Of a stretch of DNA of 28,439 bases, positions 16,976 through 24,561 are shown piece by piece (the first letter of the stretch is position 1; each line of letters begins with the position of its first letter). Under the pieces are notes generated by a model. That model did not search any database, had not been told where the DNA came from, and saw only the letters and a list, made by a program, of their open reading frames with translations. Origin of the DNA: Candidatus Peregrinibacteria bacterium (GTDB taxonomy: Bacteria > Patescibacteriota > Gracilibacteria > UBA1369 > PNNO01); the NCBI GenBank assembly GCA_030595015.1, contig JAUVDZ010000001.1:1-28439 (forward strand), in the 5' to 3' direction. A program made the translations under genes and the position numbers.

Positions 16976-17548
16976 TTACATGCTTCTAATAACTACAAAT
17001 TCTGCAATATTTCTGTCAGCAATCTCTTTATTAAGCCAGATCGTAAGCATTCCACCTACTTTAACATCTTCTAAAGAAGCATTATTATCTTGAGGTGTAT
17101 TATTTTGTTCTTCAGTTTTTATTCTGCCACCGCCTGTTTTTATCATTTGAATCCCAACTGGAATTGTTATTTTTATATCACCTAATGATTCCATTGAATC
17201 AAATATTGCAGTAGGATCTCCACTTCCATTACCTGTTCCACCACCCATCCCACCACCACTGCCAATTCCACCAGATGCAACAATAGTGGTTTTTTCTTCT
17301 TCGGTTATAGTAGTTGGTGTTTTTTCTTCTATTTCAGATAAATCATATTGAGTTATAGTTATTTCATTTCCAACCATCGTTTTAATAATGCCCACAATAT
17401 TAGCTTCACTTTCGGGTTTTTGATATTGTTGAATAGAATTTTGTTCAGAATTCTCTGCTGAGTTTCCTGATGTGCATGCTGAAAATCCCATTACAGTAAT
17501 TAATAAAATTATGCATAATGAAACAAACTTGATTATTAGTTTAAACAT
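16976..17548 (-). CDS. Hypothetical lipoprotein, first gene of the ABC operon, with a Gly-rich linker
   Basis: Signal peptide with lipobox FSAC (Cys25) and the segment GGIGSGGGMGGGTGNGSG; 13 nt from the adaptor gene. Confidence 0.75.
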   Translation of the reverse strand: MFKLIIKFVSLCIILLITVMGFSACTSGNSAENSEQNSIQQYQKPESEANIVGIIKTMVGNEITITQYDLSEIEEKTPTTITEEEKTTIVASGGIGSGGGMGGGTGNGSGDPTAIFDSMESLGDIKITIPVGIQMIKTGGGRIKTEEQNNTPQDNNASLEDVKVGGMLTIWLNKEIADRNIAEFVVIRSM

Positions 17549-17657
17549 TTTGATTAAATTAAAAGTTGCCCTACAAATTAATACAATTGTACCTGTGGTT
17601 TTCTTTCAATAAAAGAAACAATGACTTTACAATTGCGTAGATATATTCTCTAACTTT

Positions 17658-17741
17658 CTAGCTATCTATTAATACATCCAAATCAATTGAAATATCTTCA
17701 AATCGTTTTTGAAGTAATTTTTTAGAATCTTCAATTCCTTT
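17658..17741 (-). pseudogene. Displaced 3' end (27 codons + TAG) of the DUF2164 gene
   Basis: Translates KGIEDSKKLLQKRFEDISIDLDVLIDS* versus KGIEDSKKLLQKRFEDISIDLDVLGDQ* at 18240-18157. It has no start, and there is an in-frame TAA upstream at 17780-17778. Confidence 0.85.
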
Positions 17742-17752
17742 TAGCCTATTAA

Positions 17753-17784
17753 AGCTTGACAAAATTAAGACAAGCTGTTAAAGT
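17753..17784 (+). promoter_or_regulatory. Promoter TTGACA-N17-TAAAGT (extended -10) with the overlapping palindrome AGCTTG-N12-CAAGCT
   Basis: TTGACA at 17756-17761, TG at 17776-17777 and TAAAGT at 17779-17784. IR arms at 17753-17758 and 17771-17776. Confidence 0.7.
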
Positions 17785-17811
17785 ATGTCCTTACAAATTA
17801 ATAAAATAATT

Positions 17812-18153
17812 ATGGAAGTTAAATCAATAAAACCAAATAATAGTAGAGATGGAATTCCAGCTGATATGAGTTTTGAGCCAACTGACAAACTACGAATTGC
17901 AATCCTGTCCATTTTTGAAGAACCAGGTAATCACTTTGATGTTATCTGGCCTGGACAGGATAAACTTCTCCATTTATATAGTGAGGATAGAATAATCGAA
18001 TTTCTTGAAATTTCTAATTCTGAGTTAACTGATTTACTTATGGATGAGGAGATTGAAGAATTAAAAGCTTTAGATAGCGGCTCCGTTAGTTCTATCATTA
18101 ATCTAATTGGAAGAGCGCTTTGGGAAAGAGCTAAAGTTGATTGTAAAGAATAA
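17812..18153 (+). CDS. Orphan acidic hypothetical protein (cargo of the 499-bp insert)
   Basis: The ORF track starts at 17785, but that ATG directly abuts the -10 box. The in-frame ATG at 17812 (MEVKSIKP..., 113 aa) fits the promoter. The protein is D/E-rich with no recognised motif. Confidence 0.7.
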   Translation: MEVKSIKPNNSRDGIPADMSFEPTDKLRIAILSIFEEPGNHFDVIWPGQDKLLHLYSEDRIIEFLEISNSELTDLLMDEEIEELKALDSGSVSSIINLIGRALWERAKVDCKE

Positions 18154-18156
18154 TAA

Positions 18157-18411
18157 TTATTGATCCCCAAGCACATCCAAATCAATCGAAATATCTTCAA
18201 ATCGTTTCTGGAGTAATTTTTTAGAATCTTCAATCCCTTTGCTGTAGATGAATAGAGCAGTGCTTTCTAAAAAGAAATCCAAAACTTCTTCAGCAGCAAT
18301 CATGCCAATTTCTTCATCTCGTTTCTCTTTGAAAAAGTGAATGATTTCTTCACTAACTCTTTTTTTCTCAGGTTTTGAAAGGAGATCCCATTTTCGTTTG
18401 ATTTCTTTCAT
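18157..18411 (-). CDS. DUF2164-family protein
   Basis: 84 aa; I..FF...RDEEIGMIAAEEVLDFFLE......Y.KGIED matches DUF2164; 1 nt after the glmS stop. Confidence 0.8.
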   Translation of the reverse strand: MKEIKRKWDLLSKPEKKRVSEEIIHFFKEKRDEEIGMIAAEEVLDFFLESTALFIYSKGIEDSKKLLQKRFEDISIDLDVLGDQ

Positions 18412-18412
18412 A

Positions 18413-20197
18413 TTATTTAACTGTTACAGACTTCGCTAAATTCCTAGGCATATCCGGGTTGTTTTCACGTAATAAGGCGAGTTGATATGCAAGTAGTTGT
18501 ACTGGAATGATGTTGATGATAGGAGACGCATTGCCTCCATCCGGTACTTTTATCCAATAATCGAATACTTCGTGGTTGTCTGGGGAAACACCGATTATAT
18601 AGCCGCCTCGTGATCCGACTTCGATTGCGTTTGATATTATTTCGTGTTTAGTCTCGTCGTTTGAAACTAAGGCGATGCAAGGCACTCCGTCGTGAATTAA
18701 TGCGATAGGGCCGTGTTTGAGTTCGCCTCCGGCAAATCCTTCAGCGTGAATGTATGAAACTTCCTGTAATTTGATTGCAGCTTCTAAAGCCATTGGGTAG
18801 TTCATTCCTTTTCCTATTACATACATGCTTTCGTGGTCTTTAATTTGCTTAGCGAGTTTTAAAATATGTTCTTCATACCTCGGATTTAACATGTCATTGA
18901 TTTTACTTGCTGTATCAACGAGCAAAATTTTTCCTTCGTCTAATTTGTCAGCGCAGGCGTATGCGAGCAAGGTGAGAATTGCCATTTGAGCGGTTGTTGC
19001 TTTTGTTGATGCTACAGCCTTTTCTGGCCCTGCTTTGATGTAAATTGAATAATCTGAGATTCGATCCATTGAAGATCCTTCAACATTTATAATTGAAAGG
19101 ACTTTTGCACCTTTTTTCTTTGCAATTTCAAGAGCTTCCATTGTGTCAGCGGTTTCACCTGATTGAGAAATAGCAATAACCAGGCTTTTATCAGTAATAA
19201 AGTTTTGCATTGATGGAAATTCTGATCCAAAAGTTGTGTTTACATGTCGTTCTGCAACTTTTGAGAATAAATATGAGCCAGCGAGTGCAACTTTTCCTGC
19301 AGTTCCACATCCAATTATATAAGTTCCATAAGCACTTTTAATTTCTTCTGCAATTTTCATAATCATTTCATCATCCTGATTAATTGCACGTGCAATTGTA
19401 TCTTTTTGTTCAGAAATTTCTTTAATCATAAAATGAGGGAAGTCGCCTTTCTCTGCGCTTTCAACATCCCAATCAATCTCAACAACACGTTTATCTATTT
19501 TATCTCCGCTTTTAATATCAAAAAATTCAACTTTATCATTAATAACAACCATTTGATCATCATCTAAATACATTACATTACGAGTGTATTCTAAAAATGC
19601 AGGAATATCCGAAGCAACAAAGAATTCGTCTTCGCCTTTTCCAACAATTAACGGAGATCCGCGACGTGCTGCGATTAATTTATCTTCATCAGCGCACATA
19701 ACTAAAATTGCATAACGACCTTCAAGTCGTTCAATTGCTTTTTTAACTGACTCAACAATGTCATTATCTTTTTTATATTCCTGAATTAGTTGAGCAATAA
19801 CCTCTGTATCAGTTTCTGATTCAAACTTGTAACCTTTTTCTTTAAGTTCATTCCTTAATTCAATATAATTTTCGATAATTCCATTATGAACAATAGCAAT
19901 CGACTTATCTGTAGAATAATGCGGATGTGCATTTTCAACAGTAACTCCACCATGAGTCGCCCAACGCGAATGTCCCATTGCTAAACTGCACTCACGTTTA
20001 AGATCGCATTCAGGAGGTGGGTTATCAAAATCAAAATCGCTGATTTTTCCTATCTCTTTATAAATAGAAACTTCGCCATCGCATTTTGAAGCAACGCCCC
20101 ATGAATCATAACCTCGATATTCGAGCTTCTTTAAGCCTTTAATGACAAGTTCGCTTGCATTAGTTTTTGGCCCTTTATAGGCAAATATTCCGCACAT
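18413..20197 (-). CDS. glmS: Glutamine--fructose-6-phosphate aminotransferase
   Basis: True start MCGIF at 20197 (catalytic Cys1; the ORF-track extension overlaps purQ). Also LEYRGYDSWG, GHSRWATHG, VHNGIIEN, SQSGETADT, ELKHGPIALI and PRNLAKSVTV. Confidence 0.97.
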   Translation of the reverse strand: MCGIFAYKGPKTNASELVIKGLKKLEYRGYDSWGVASKCDGEVSIYKEIGKISDFDFDNPPPECDLKRECSLAMGHSRWATHGGVTVENAHPHYSTDKSIAIVHNGIIENYIELRNELKEKGYKFESETDTEVIAQLIQEYKKDNDIVESVKKAIERLEGRYAILVMCADEDKLIAARRGSPLIVGKGEDEFFVASDIPAFLEYTRNVMYLDDDQMVVINDKVEFFDIKSGDKIDKRVVEIDWDVESAEKGDFPHFMIKEISEQKDTIARAINQDDEMIMKIAEEIKSAYGTYIIGCGTAGKVALAGSYLFSKVAERHVNTTFGSEFPSMQNFITDKSLVIAISQSGETADTMEALEIAKKKGAKVLSIINVEGSSMDRISDYSIYIKAGPEKAVASTKATTAQMAILTLLAYACADKLDEGKILLVDTASKINDMLNPRYEEHILKLAKQIKDHESMYVIGKGMNYPMALEAAIKLQEVSYIHAEGFAGGELKHGPIALIHDGVPCIALVSNDETKHEIISNAIEVGSRGGYIIGVSPDNHEVFDYWIKVPDGGNASPIINIIPVQLLAYQLALLRENNPDMPRNLAKSVTVK

Positions 20198-20210
20198 AGT
20201 TTTTTTAGAA

Positions 20211-21524
20211 TTAAGCTTTATAAATATCCATTGAATGTGGATTGTGGAAGATATGTGTTTCAACAATCTTTGATGCTTCATCTGCATCGCAGGTTAGCGA
20301 CCATCTTTTTCCTGCATGGATTCGCTGCACACCTTTTATTTCAAAATGGTTTTGAATTGTTTGTAATCGGCTTTCACCAACTGTATCTTCTTTATTAAAT
20401 GTTAGATAGCTTTCACCTCCAACTTCTTTTTCGTCGATTTCACTTAATCCTTCTGCAGGATCAAACTCGTAATATTTATCACCAATTTTGATTAATGGTG
20501 ATTCTTTTGCCATATTCACTATTTCACCGGATTTCAATAAAGCATCGGCAGTTTCAACTTTATCAATATCACCTGATGTTTTAATTCCGTAATATAAAAG
20601 TTTTTTAAGTTTAGCTTCACCAAATCCTAAATTGTGAATCGCTGATTCAAGAGTTCTTTCTTCGTTATCAGTGATTACAGTATCAACAAATACTTCAATG
20701 TCAGGTTTGTTATAATTTCCAACTTCACCAACTTCAAAAGCTGGTTTATTCATCACTAAATCAGTTGGTCGCGCAATTTCGAAACTTTTTCCAATATATT
20801 CACGAATTGATTCAAAAATCGGATCGCCAACCTCAGTTCTTTCAGGATGTGGCATCAAACTCATTACATTTCCTTCAGGATTACAAACTCCAGCCAAATT
20901 TAGCAAAGCTCCGTTTGGATTAGTAGGGAAGTCTTCCTTAATTTCACCGTTTTCATCACAATATCTAAATACGGTTTGTTCATTTTTCAAGAGTAACTCT
21001 TTCATTTCAGGATCAATCGAAGTAAATCGGCCTTCTCCATGAGCAACCGGGATTCTTAATAATTGATCCTGTTCATAATAGTTAAATGCTGATCGGCCTT
21101 TTGGTACAGCGTTTTTTATGTAAATCCAGTCATTATAAAATCCAGTTCCTAAAATATTCCCGTCTTTATCAACTCGTTTATTCCATGCTAATGCCATTTC
21201 AACATGTTTTTTATCTAAGCCAGGAATTAGCCCAGCTTCAACAACTACCTGTGCTCCGTTACAAACACCTAAAACAGGTTTTCCTTTATTTGCTTCTTCC
21301 CGAACTTTATCAAGTAATGCGTTTTTAGATGCGATAATTCCGCTGCGTCCTCGATCTTCATAACTAAATCCACCTGGAATAAAAAATCCATCAAAACTCG
21401 CATAATCAACTTCTGTGTCATTCCATCTTATTAGTTTAGGTTCCATCCCGCTTCGCTTAATCGCCCTTAAAGCTTCAAGTTCGCAATTGGTTCCAGGAAA
21501 CAATATTACAGCTATTTTTGGCAT
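20211..21524 (-). CDS. purQ: FGAM synthase glutaminase subunit PurQ fused to two C-terminal PurS-like modules
   Basis: FPGTNC, PGGFSYED, LGVCNG (C88), PVAHGEGRF, NPNG and MPHPER (H226/E228) lie within aa 1-245. The remaining ~190 aa contain two PurS-like repeats. Confidence 0.9.
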   Translation of the reverse strand: MPKIAVILFPGTNCELEALRAIKRSGMEPKLIRWNDTEVDYASFDGFFIPGGFSYEDRGRSGIIASKNALLDKVREEANKGKPVLGVCNGAQVVVEAGLIPGLDKKHVEMALAWNKRVDKDGNILGTGFYNDWIYIKNAVPKGRSAFNYYEQDQLLRIPVAHGEGRFTSIDPEMKELLLKNEQTVFRYCDENGEIKEDFPTNPNGALLNLAGVCNPEGNVMSLMPHPERTEVGDPIFESIREYIGKSFEIARPTDLVMNKPAFEVGEVGNYNKPDIEVFVDTVITDNEERTLESAIHNLGFGEAKLKKLLYYGIKTSGDIDKVETADALLKSGEIVNMAKESPLIKIGDKYYEFDPAEGLSEIDEKEVGGESYLTFNKEDTVGESRLQTIQNHFEIKGVQRIHAGKRWSLTCDADEASKIVETHIFHNPHSMDIYKA

Positions 21525-21525
21525 A

Positions 21526-22593
21526 TTATATTTTGATTATTATGTCTTTTAATTGCTTAGGAGCATTTGTGATATTTTTCGCTCCTGTACGGGATATTAT
21601 TAGCATATCTTCGATGCGAACACCAAAGTTTTTGGGTAGATATATACCCGGTTCTATTGTGGTGATCATATTCTCTTTTAGTTTGTATGGTTTCTCGATT
21701 CCAAGGTTTGGTAATTCATGGATATTTAGTCCGGACCCATGCCCTAAAGCATGCTGGAAATATTCTTCCATATTTTTTTCTTTGATTGGTTTCATTGCGG
21801 CTTTTACAACATTTGCAACCGTAGCATTATGTTTAAGTGCATCAATTGCAGCTTGCTGTGAGGCCAGAACGGTTTCATAAACCTTAGCCTGTCGCGTTGT
21901 GGGTTTTGAAGTAAAAAATGTTCGTGTCATATCTGAACAATAGTGTTTATATTTCACACCCATATCAATTAAAATTGTGTGTCCTTTTTTAAGTTTTCGA
22001 TTTGTATTTTGATGATGGGGGATTGCCGAATTAGATCCAAAAGCAACAATAGGATCAAACGAAGAATCTTCAGCTCCTAATTCGCGTTGAGCTTTAATTA
22101 TAAACCATTCAACTTCAGTTTCGGTTCTGCCAACTTTTAAGTAATTTAAGACTTCATCAAGCACTTGTTCGTTTATTCTCTGCGATTTCCTCATACGTGC
22201 GATTTCATACCCCTGTTTGATTTCCCTGATTTGTTCAACAATATTCCCGGCCTTTTTAAATCGAACTCCTTTTGAGATTTTTTTAAGCCCAGCATATTGA
22301 TTTACTGTTAAATAGTTTTCTTCGAATCCTAAATCTTTTACACGGAATTTTTTAAGGATTTTTGGCCAGTCTTGTTTCCATTTTTTATCTATTTGCATAA
22401 CTTCAAAATCGGGTGGTACGATTTTTTTAGCGTATTCGAGGTAGCGGAAGTCCGTGAAAAAATATGCTTTTCGTTTTGTGATTAAAATCATACCGCGCGA
22501 ACCTGTGAATCCTGTTAAATAATAAACATTAAGAGGATCACTTATGAACAACGCATTGAAGTTTTTAAAGTGTTTTCTGATTTGTTTAAGCAT
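21526..22593 (-). CDS. Xaa-Pro aminopeptidase / M24 peptidase
   Basis: N-terminal creatinase-like domain (N..YLTGF.GS, TDFRY), DMG...Y.SDMTRT, H.LGHG.GL.IHE.P and TIEPGIY...GVRIED. Confidence 0.93.
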   Translation of the reverse strand: MLKQIRKHFKNFNALFISDPLNVYYLTGFTGSRGMILITKRKAYFFTDFRYLEYAKKIVPPDFEVMQIDKKWKQDWPKILKKFRVKDLGFEENYLTVNQYAGLKKISKGVRFKKAGNIVEQIREIKQGYEIARMRKSQRINEQVLDEVLNYLKVGRTETEVEWFIIKAQRELGAEDSSFDPIVAFGSNSAIPHHQNTNRKLKKGHTILIDMGVKYKHYCSDMTRTFFTSKPTTRQAKVYETVLASQQAAIDALKHNATVANVVKAAMKPIKEKNMEEYFQHALGHGSGLNIHELPNLGIEKPYKLKENMITTIEPGIYLPKNFGVRIEDMLIISRTGAKNITNAPKQLKDIIIKI

Positions 22594-23152
22594 TTTGGAG
22601 GAAGTATTTAATTATATCTTCAGGCTCTTTTATTTCTTGCGGTAAGTTTTTGAGTTTTTGTATGATTTGATGCTTTCTGTAGCCAAGATTTATTAAAGCT
22701 CCAATTGCATCTTCGTTTAAATTTGAAGGAGTTTTATAGTTTTCCGGCTCACTTGTTGCACTGATTTTTTCTTTAAGATCAATTACAATACGTTCTGCTG
22801 TTTTTTTGCCGATTCCTTTTGTTTGAACAAGAAGATCAACATCTCCTTTTGAAATTGCGAATCTAATTGAAGATAGGGGATTGTTTAGAATTTCAAGTCC
22901 TGATTTAGGACCAACTCCTGAAACTGAGATTAATAACTTGAATGTTTCGAGTTCTTCAAATGTCGCGAATCCATATAAACTAATATCATCTTCACGAACT
23001 GCTGTGTGAATGTATAGTTCAACGGAATCATTGGCTTCGTGCTCGCTTAGATAATTGTGGGTTGCTGAAACCAGATATCCAATTTCTCCAGCATTTAAAA
23101 TAATTGCTGAAGGCAGCTTTTTTTGAATTGTTCCTGTGAGGTATGCGATCAT
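22586..23152 (-). CDS. ruvA: Holliday junction branch migration protein RuvA
   Basis: MIAYLTG, LYIHTAVRED..LYGF, LISVSGVGPK, GIGKKTAERIVIDLK and ALINLGY. Confidence 0.96.
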   Translation of the reverse strand: MIAYLTGTIQKKLPSAIILNAGEIGYLVSATHNYLSEHEANDSVELYIHTAVREDDISLYGFATFEELETFKLLISVSGVGPKSGLEILNNPLSSIRFAISKGDVDLLVQTKGIGKKTAERIVIDLKEKISATSEPENYKTPSNLNEDAIGALINLGYRKHQIIQKLKNLPQEIKEPEDIIKYFLQNA

Positions 23153-23158
23153 AAGACA

Positions 23159-23167
23159 ATTATAGCA
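23159..23167 (-). promoter_or_regulatory. Extended -10 promoter TG-C-TATAAT, 6 nt before the ruvA ATG (leaderless candidate)
   Basis: The minus strand reads AAATGCTATAAT-TGTCTT-ATG, with TATAAT at 23164-23159 and ATG at 23152. Confidence 0.65.
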
Positions 23168-23299
23168 TTTGAAAGATGAAAATTGAATGCGATTTAGTTA
23201 TTGTTATTACTCTGGCTTGACGTTTGTTTTTGAGCGCGTTGAAATATGCAGATTCTGGCATGTGTCAGCCAATAGTCAATGGTTTTTTGTTGCGAATTT

Positions 23300-23308
23300 T
23301 GGTATAAT
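23300..23308 (+). promoter_or_regulatory. Extended -10 promoter TG-G-TATAAT for the HNH gene
   Basis: tggtataat at 23300-23308. It lies inside the ORF-track N-terminal extension, which supports a start at 23336. Confidence 0.6.
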
Positions 23309-23335
23309 TCAAGCATAAATAGTAACCATTTTTTT

Positions 23336-24133
23336 ATGAGCAATTTTAAGAAAATGGGTGATCGGGAGCTTTATGACTATTGTCGCGAAGCAGGTACTAA
23401 TGCCCACAAATACAAGAGGATGCTGTGCGCAGCTATCCCAGAAGTCTTTAAAAGACGTTTGTATCGCAAATATGGATTCGGATCAATCCATGAATTTGGT
23501 GCAAAGGTTGGAGGATTGAGTCATAACTCTGTTAATGAAGCAATTCGAGTAAACGAAAAATTAAAAGACAAACCAAAACTAAAAGAATTAATAAAAGATG
23601 TTGGACTAAGTAAATTGGCTCGGGTTGCCAATATTGCAACAAAAGAAACTGATGAGAAATGGGCAAAAGATGTAATCCAATTATCAAAGGCTGCTCTTGA
23701 AACAAAAATTCAGGATGAAAGAAGATCCCTGCCCGGGCAGGGATTTAAGCTTGAAAACCATTTAATTTTCGACAATATGTCAAGTCGCGAGGCTTTCAAA
23801 GTTGACCTTGACCCCAAAACAATCCAGGATCTCAAAATCCTGAAAGCCAACATGAAAAAAGGCACAACATGGAATGATGTATTCAAAATTTTACTAAAAG
23901 GCAAACTTCCAAAGAAACAAAGAGCGCGTGAGCTAAAAGTACAAGCCAAAAAAATCTGCGAAATTTCAGGATGTAACAAACCAGCAGTTGAAATCCATCA
24001 CAAAAATCCATGGGCAAAAAGCAAATCTCACGAAAACCTAATGTCGGTTTGCCAGCCACATCATGAACTAGCACATCAATCTGATTCGATGATCGATCAA
24101 AAATTTAGGCAATATAAGTTGAGATTTTCGTAA
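23336..24133 (+). CDS. HNH endonuclease with a helical DUF222-like N-terminal region
   Basis: C-terminal CEISGC...EIHH...W......ENL..VC..HH...H (Zn-binding HNH). The N-terminal LYRKYGFGSIHEFG..VGGLS...VNEAIRV resembles the DUF222-like HNH families. Confidence 0.8.
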   Translation: MSNFKKMGDRELYDYCREAGTNAHKYKRMLCAAIPEVFKRRLYRKYGFGSIHEFGAKVGGLSHNSVNEAIRVNEKLKDKPKLKELIKDVGLSKLARVANIATKETDEKWAKDVIQLSKAALETKIQDERRSLPGQGFKLENHLIFDNMSSREAFKVDLDPKTIQDLKILKANMKKGTTWNDVFKILLKGKLPKKQRARELKVQAKKICEISGCNKPAVEIHHKNPWAKSKSHENLMSVCQPHHELAHQSDSMIDQKFRQYKLRFS

Positions 24134-24135
24134 AT

Positions 24136-24165
24136 CACGACCGCGATCGTGCAAAAAGTGCGCAC
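24136..24165. repeat. Two short GC-rich palindromes directly after the HNH stop
   Basis: CACGACCGCGATCGTG at 24136-24151 (14/16 symmetric) and GTGCGCAC at 24158-24165 (perfect). Confidence 0.55.
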
Positions 24166-24182
24166 ATACAACATGCAAGATT

Positions 24183-24210
24183 TTGACATACTTGAATCGT
24201 TGTATATAAT
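24183..24210 (+). promoter_or_regulatory. Sigma70-type promoter TTGACA-N16-TATAAT, 9 nt before the ATG at 24220
   Basis: TTGACA at 24183-24188 and TATAAT at 24205-24210. Confidence 0.75.
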
Positions 24211-24219
24211 TAGATTTAT

Positions 24220-24561
24220 ATGGAACAACGAATTCATCGATCAATCAGGCGTCGTGCTAAGACTGTTAATCCAACCAGGATTGCTGATACTGCTGAAAGT
24301 TATTTGGAAGGATGTAAGCTTTATAAACGTGATATTGAAGGGATAAGAGGACAAAACCTTGCAACACCTTTAAGTATTAAAAATGCAGTTAAAAGAATAG
24401 ATAAATTAGAAAGAGAAATAATTATGTATGAAGGCAGAATTGAACGGCTTGAAGAACGCCGCGCAATTGAGGCAGCGAAACTCGAGCAGGAATTGAAATA
24501 TAATAATTCAGTTTTAAAGCAGTATTTTTCTAATAGTGAAATGAAAGGATTCTGGCATTAA
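24220..24561 (+). CDS. Hypothetical protein with a C-terminal coiled coil
   Basis: 113 aa with a perfect promoter. Heptad pattern IDKLEREIIMYEGRIERLEERRAIEAAKLEQEL. Its stop shares TTAA with the convergent HD gene. Confidence 0.7.
   Translation: MEQRIHRSIRRRAKTVNPTRIADTAESYLEGCKLYKRDIEGIRGQNLATPLSIKNAVKRIDKLEREIIMYEGRIERLEERRAIEAAKLEQELKYNNSVLKQYFSNSEMKGFWH

Larger units (their letters stand above)
17674..18240. repeat. 68-bp direct repeat pair (17674-17741 and 18173-18240, offset 499 bp) flanking a one-gene insert
   Basis: 64/68 identical. The mismatches at 17688, 17709, 17712 and 17736 are all synonymous third positions in the DUF2164 frame. Confidence 0.9.

Noticed and set aside
17785-17811. 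ORF-track start at 17785
   Set aside because: The ATG directly follows the -10 hexamer and would lie upstream of the transcription start; 17812 is preferred.
17931-18233. 100-aa minus-strand ORF across the insert
   Set aside because: It overlaps DUF2164 in another frame and is antisense to the promoter-supported ORF; no motif.
20198-20287. 30-aa N-terminal extension of GlmS, or room for a glmS ribozyme
   Set aside because: GlmS needs Cys immediately after the initiator Met. The extension overlaps purQ, and only 13 nt separate the genes, leaving no space for a ribozyme.
21086-21880. Plus-strand ORFs 21086-21328 and 21518-21880
   Set aside because: Antisense shadows of purQ and the peptidase gene.
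11271-23152. Missing ruvB
   Set aside because: ruvA and ruvC are already ~11 kb apart here, so ruvB is probably elsewhere; absence cannot be judged from one window.
23244-24190. Loose direct repeat ATGCA(A)GATT.TG.CAT on both sides of the HNH gene as element ends
   Set aside because: Only ~12/16 matches with a gap in AT-rich DNA; too weak without paralogue alignments.
23710-24346. ORFs 23710-23979, 23883-24074 and 24149-24346
   Set aside because: Antisense to the HNH gene, or spanning a promoter and overlapping the better-supported 24220 ORF.
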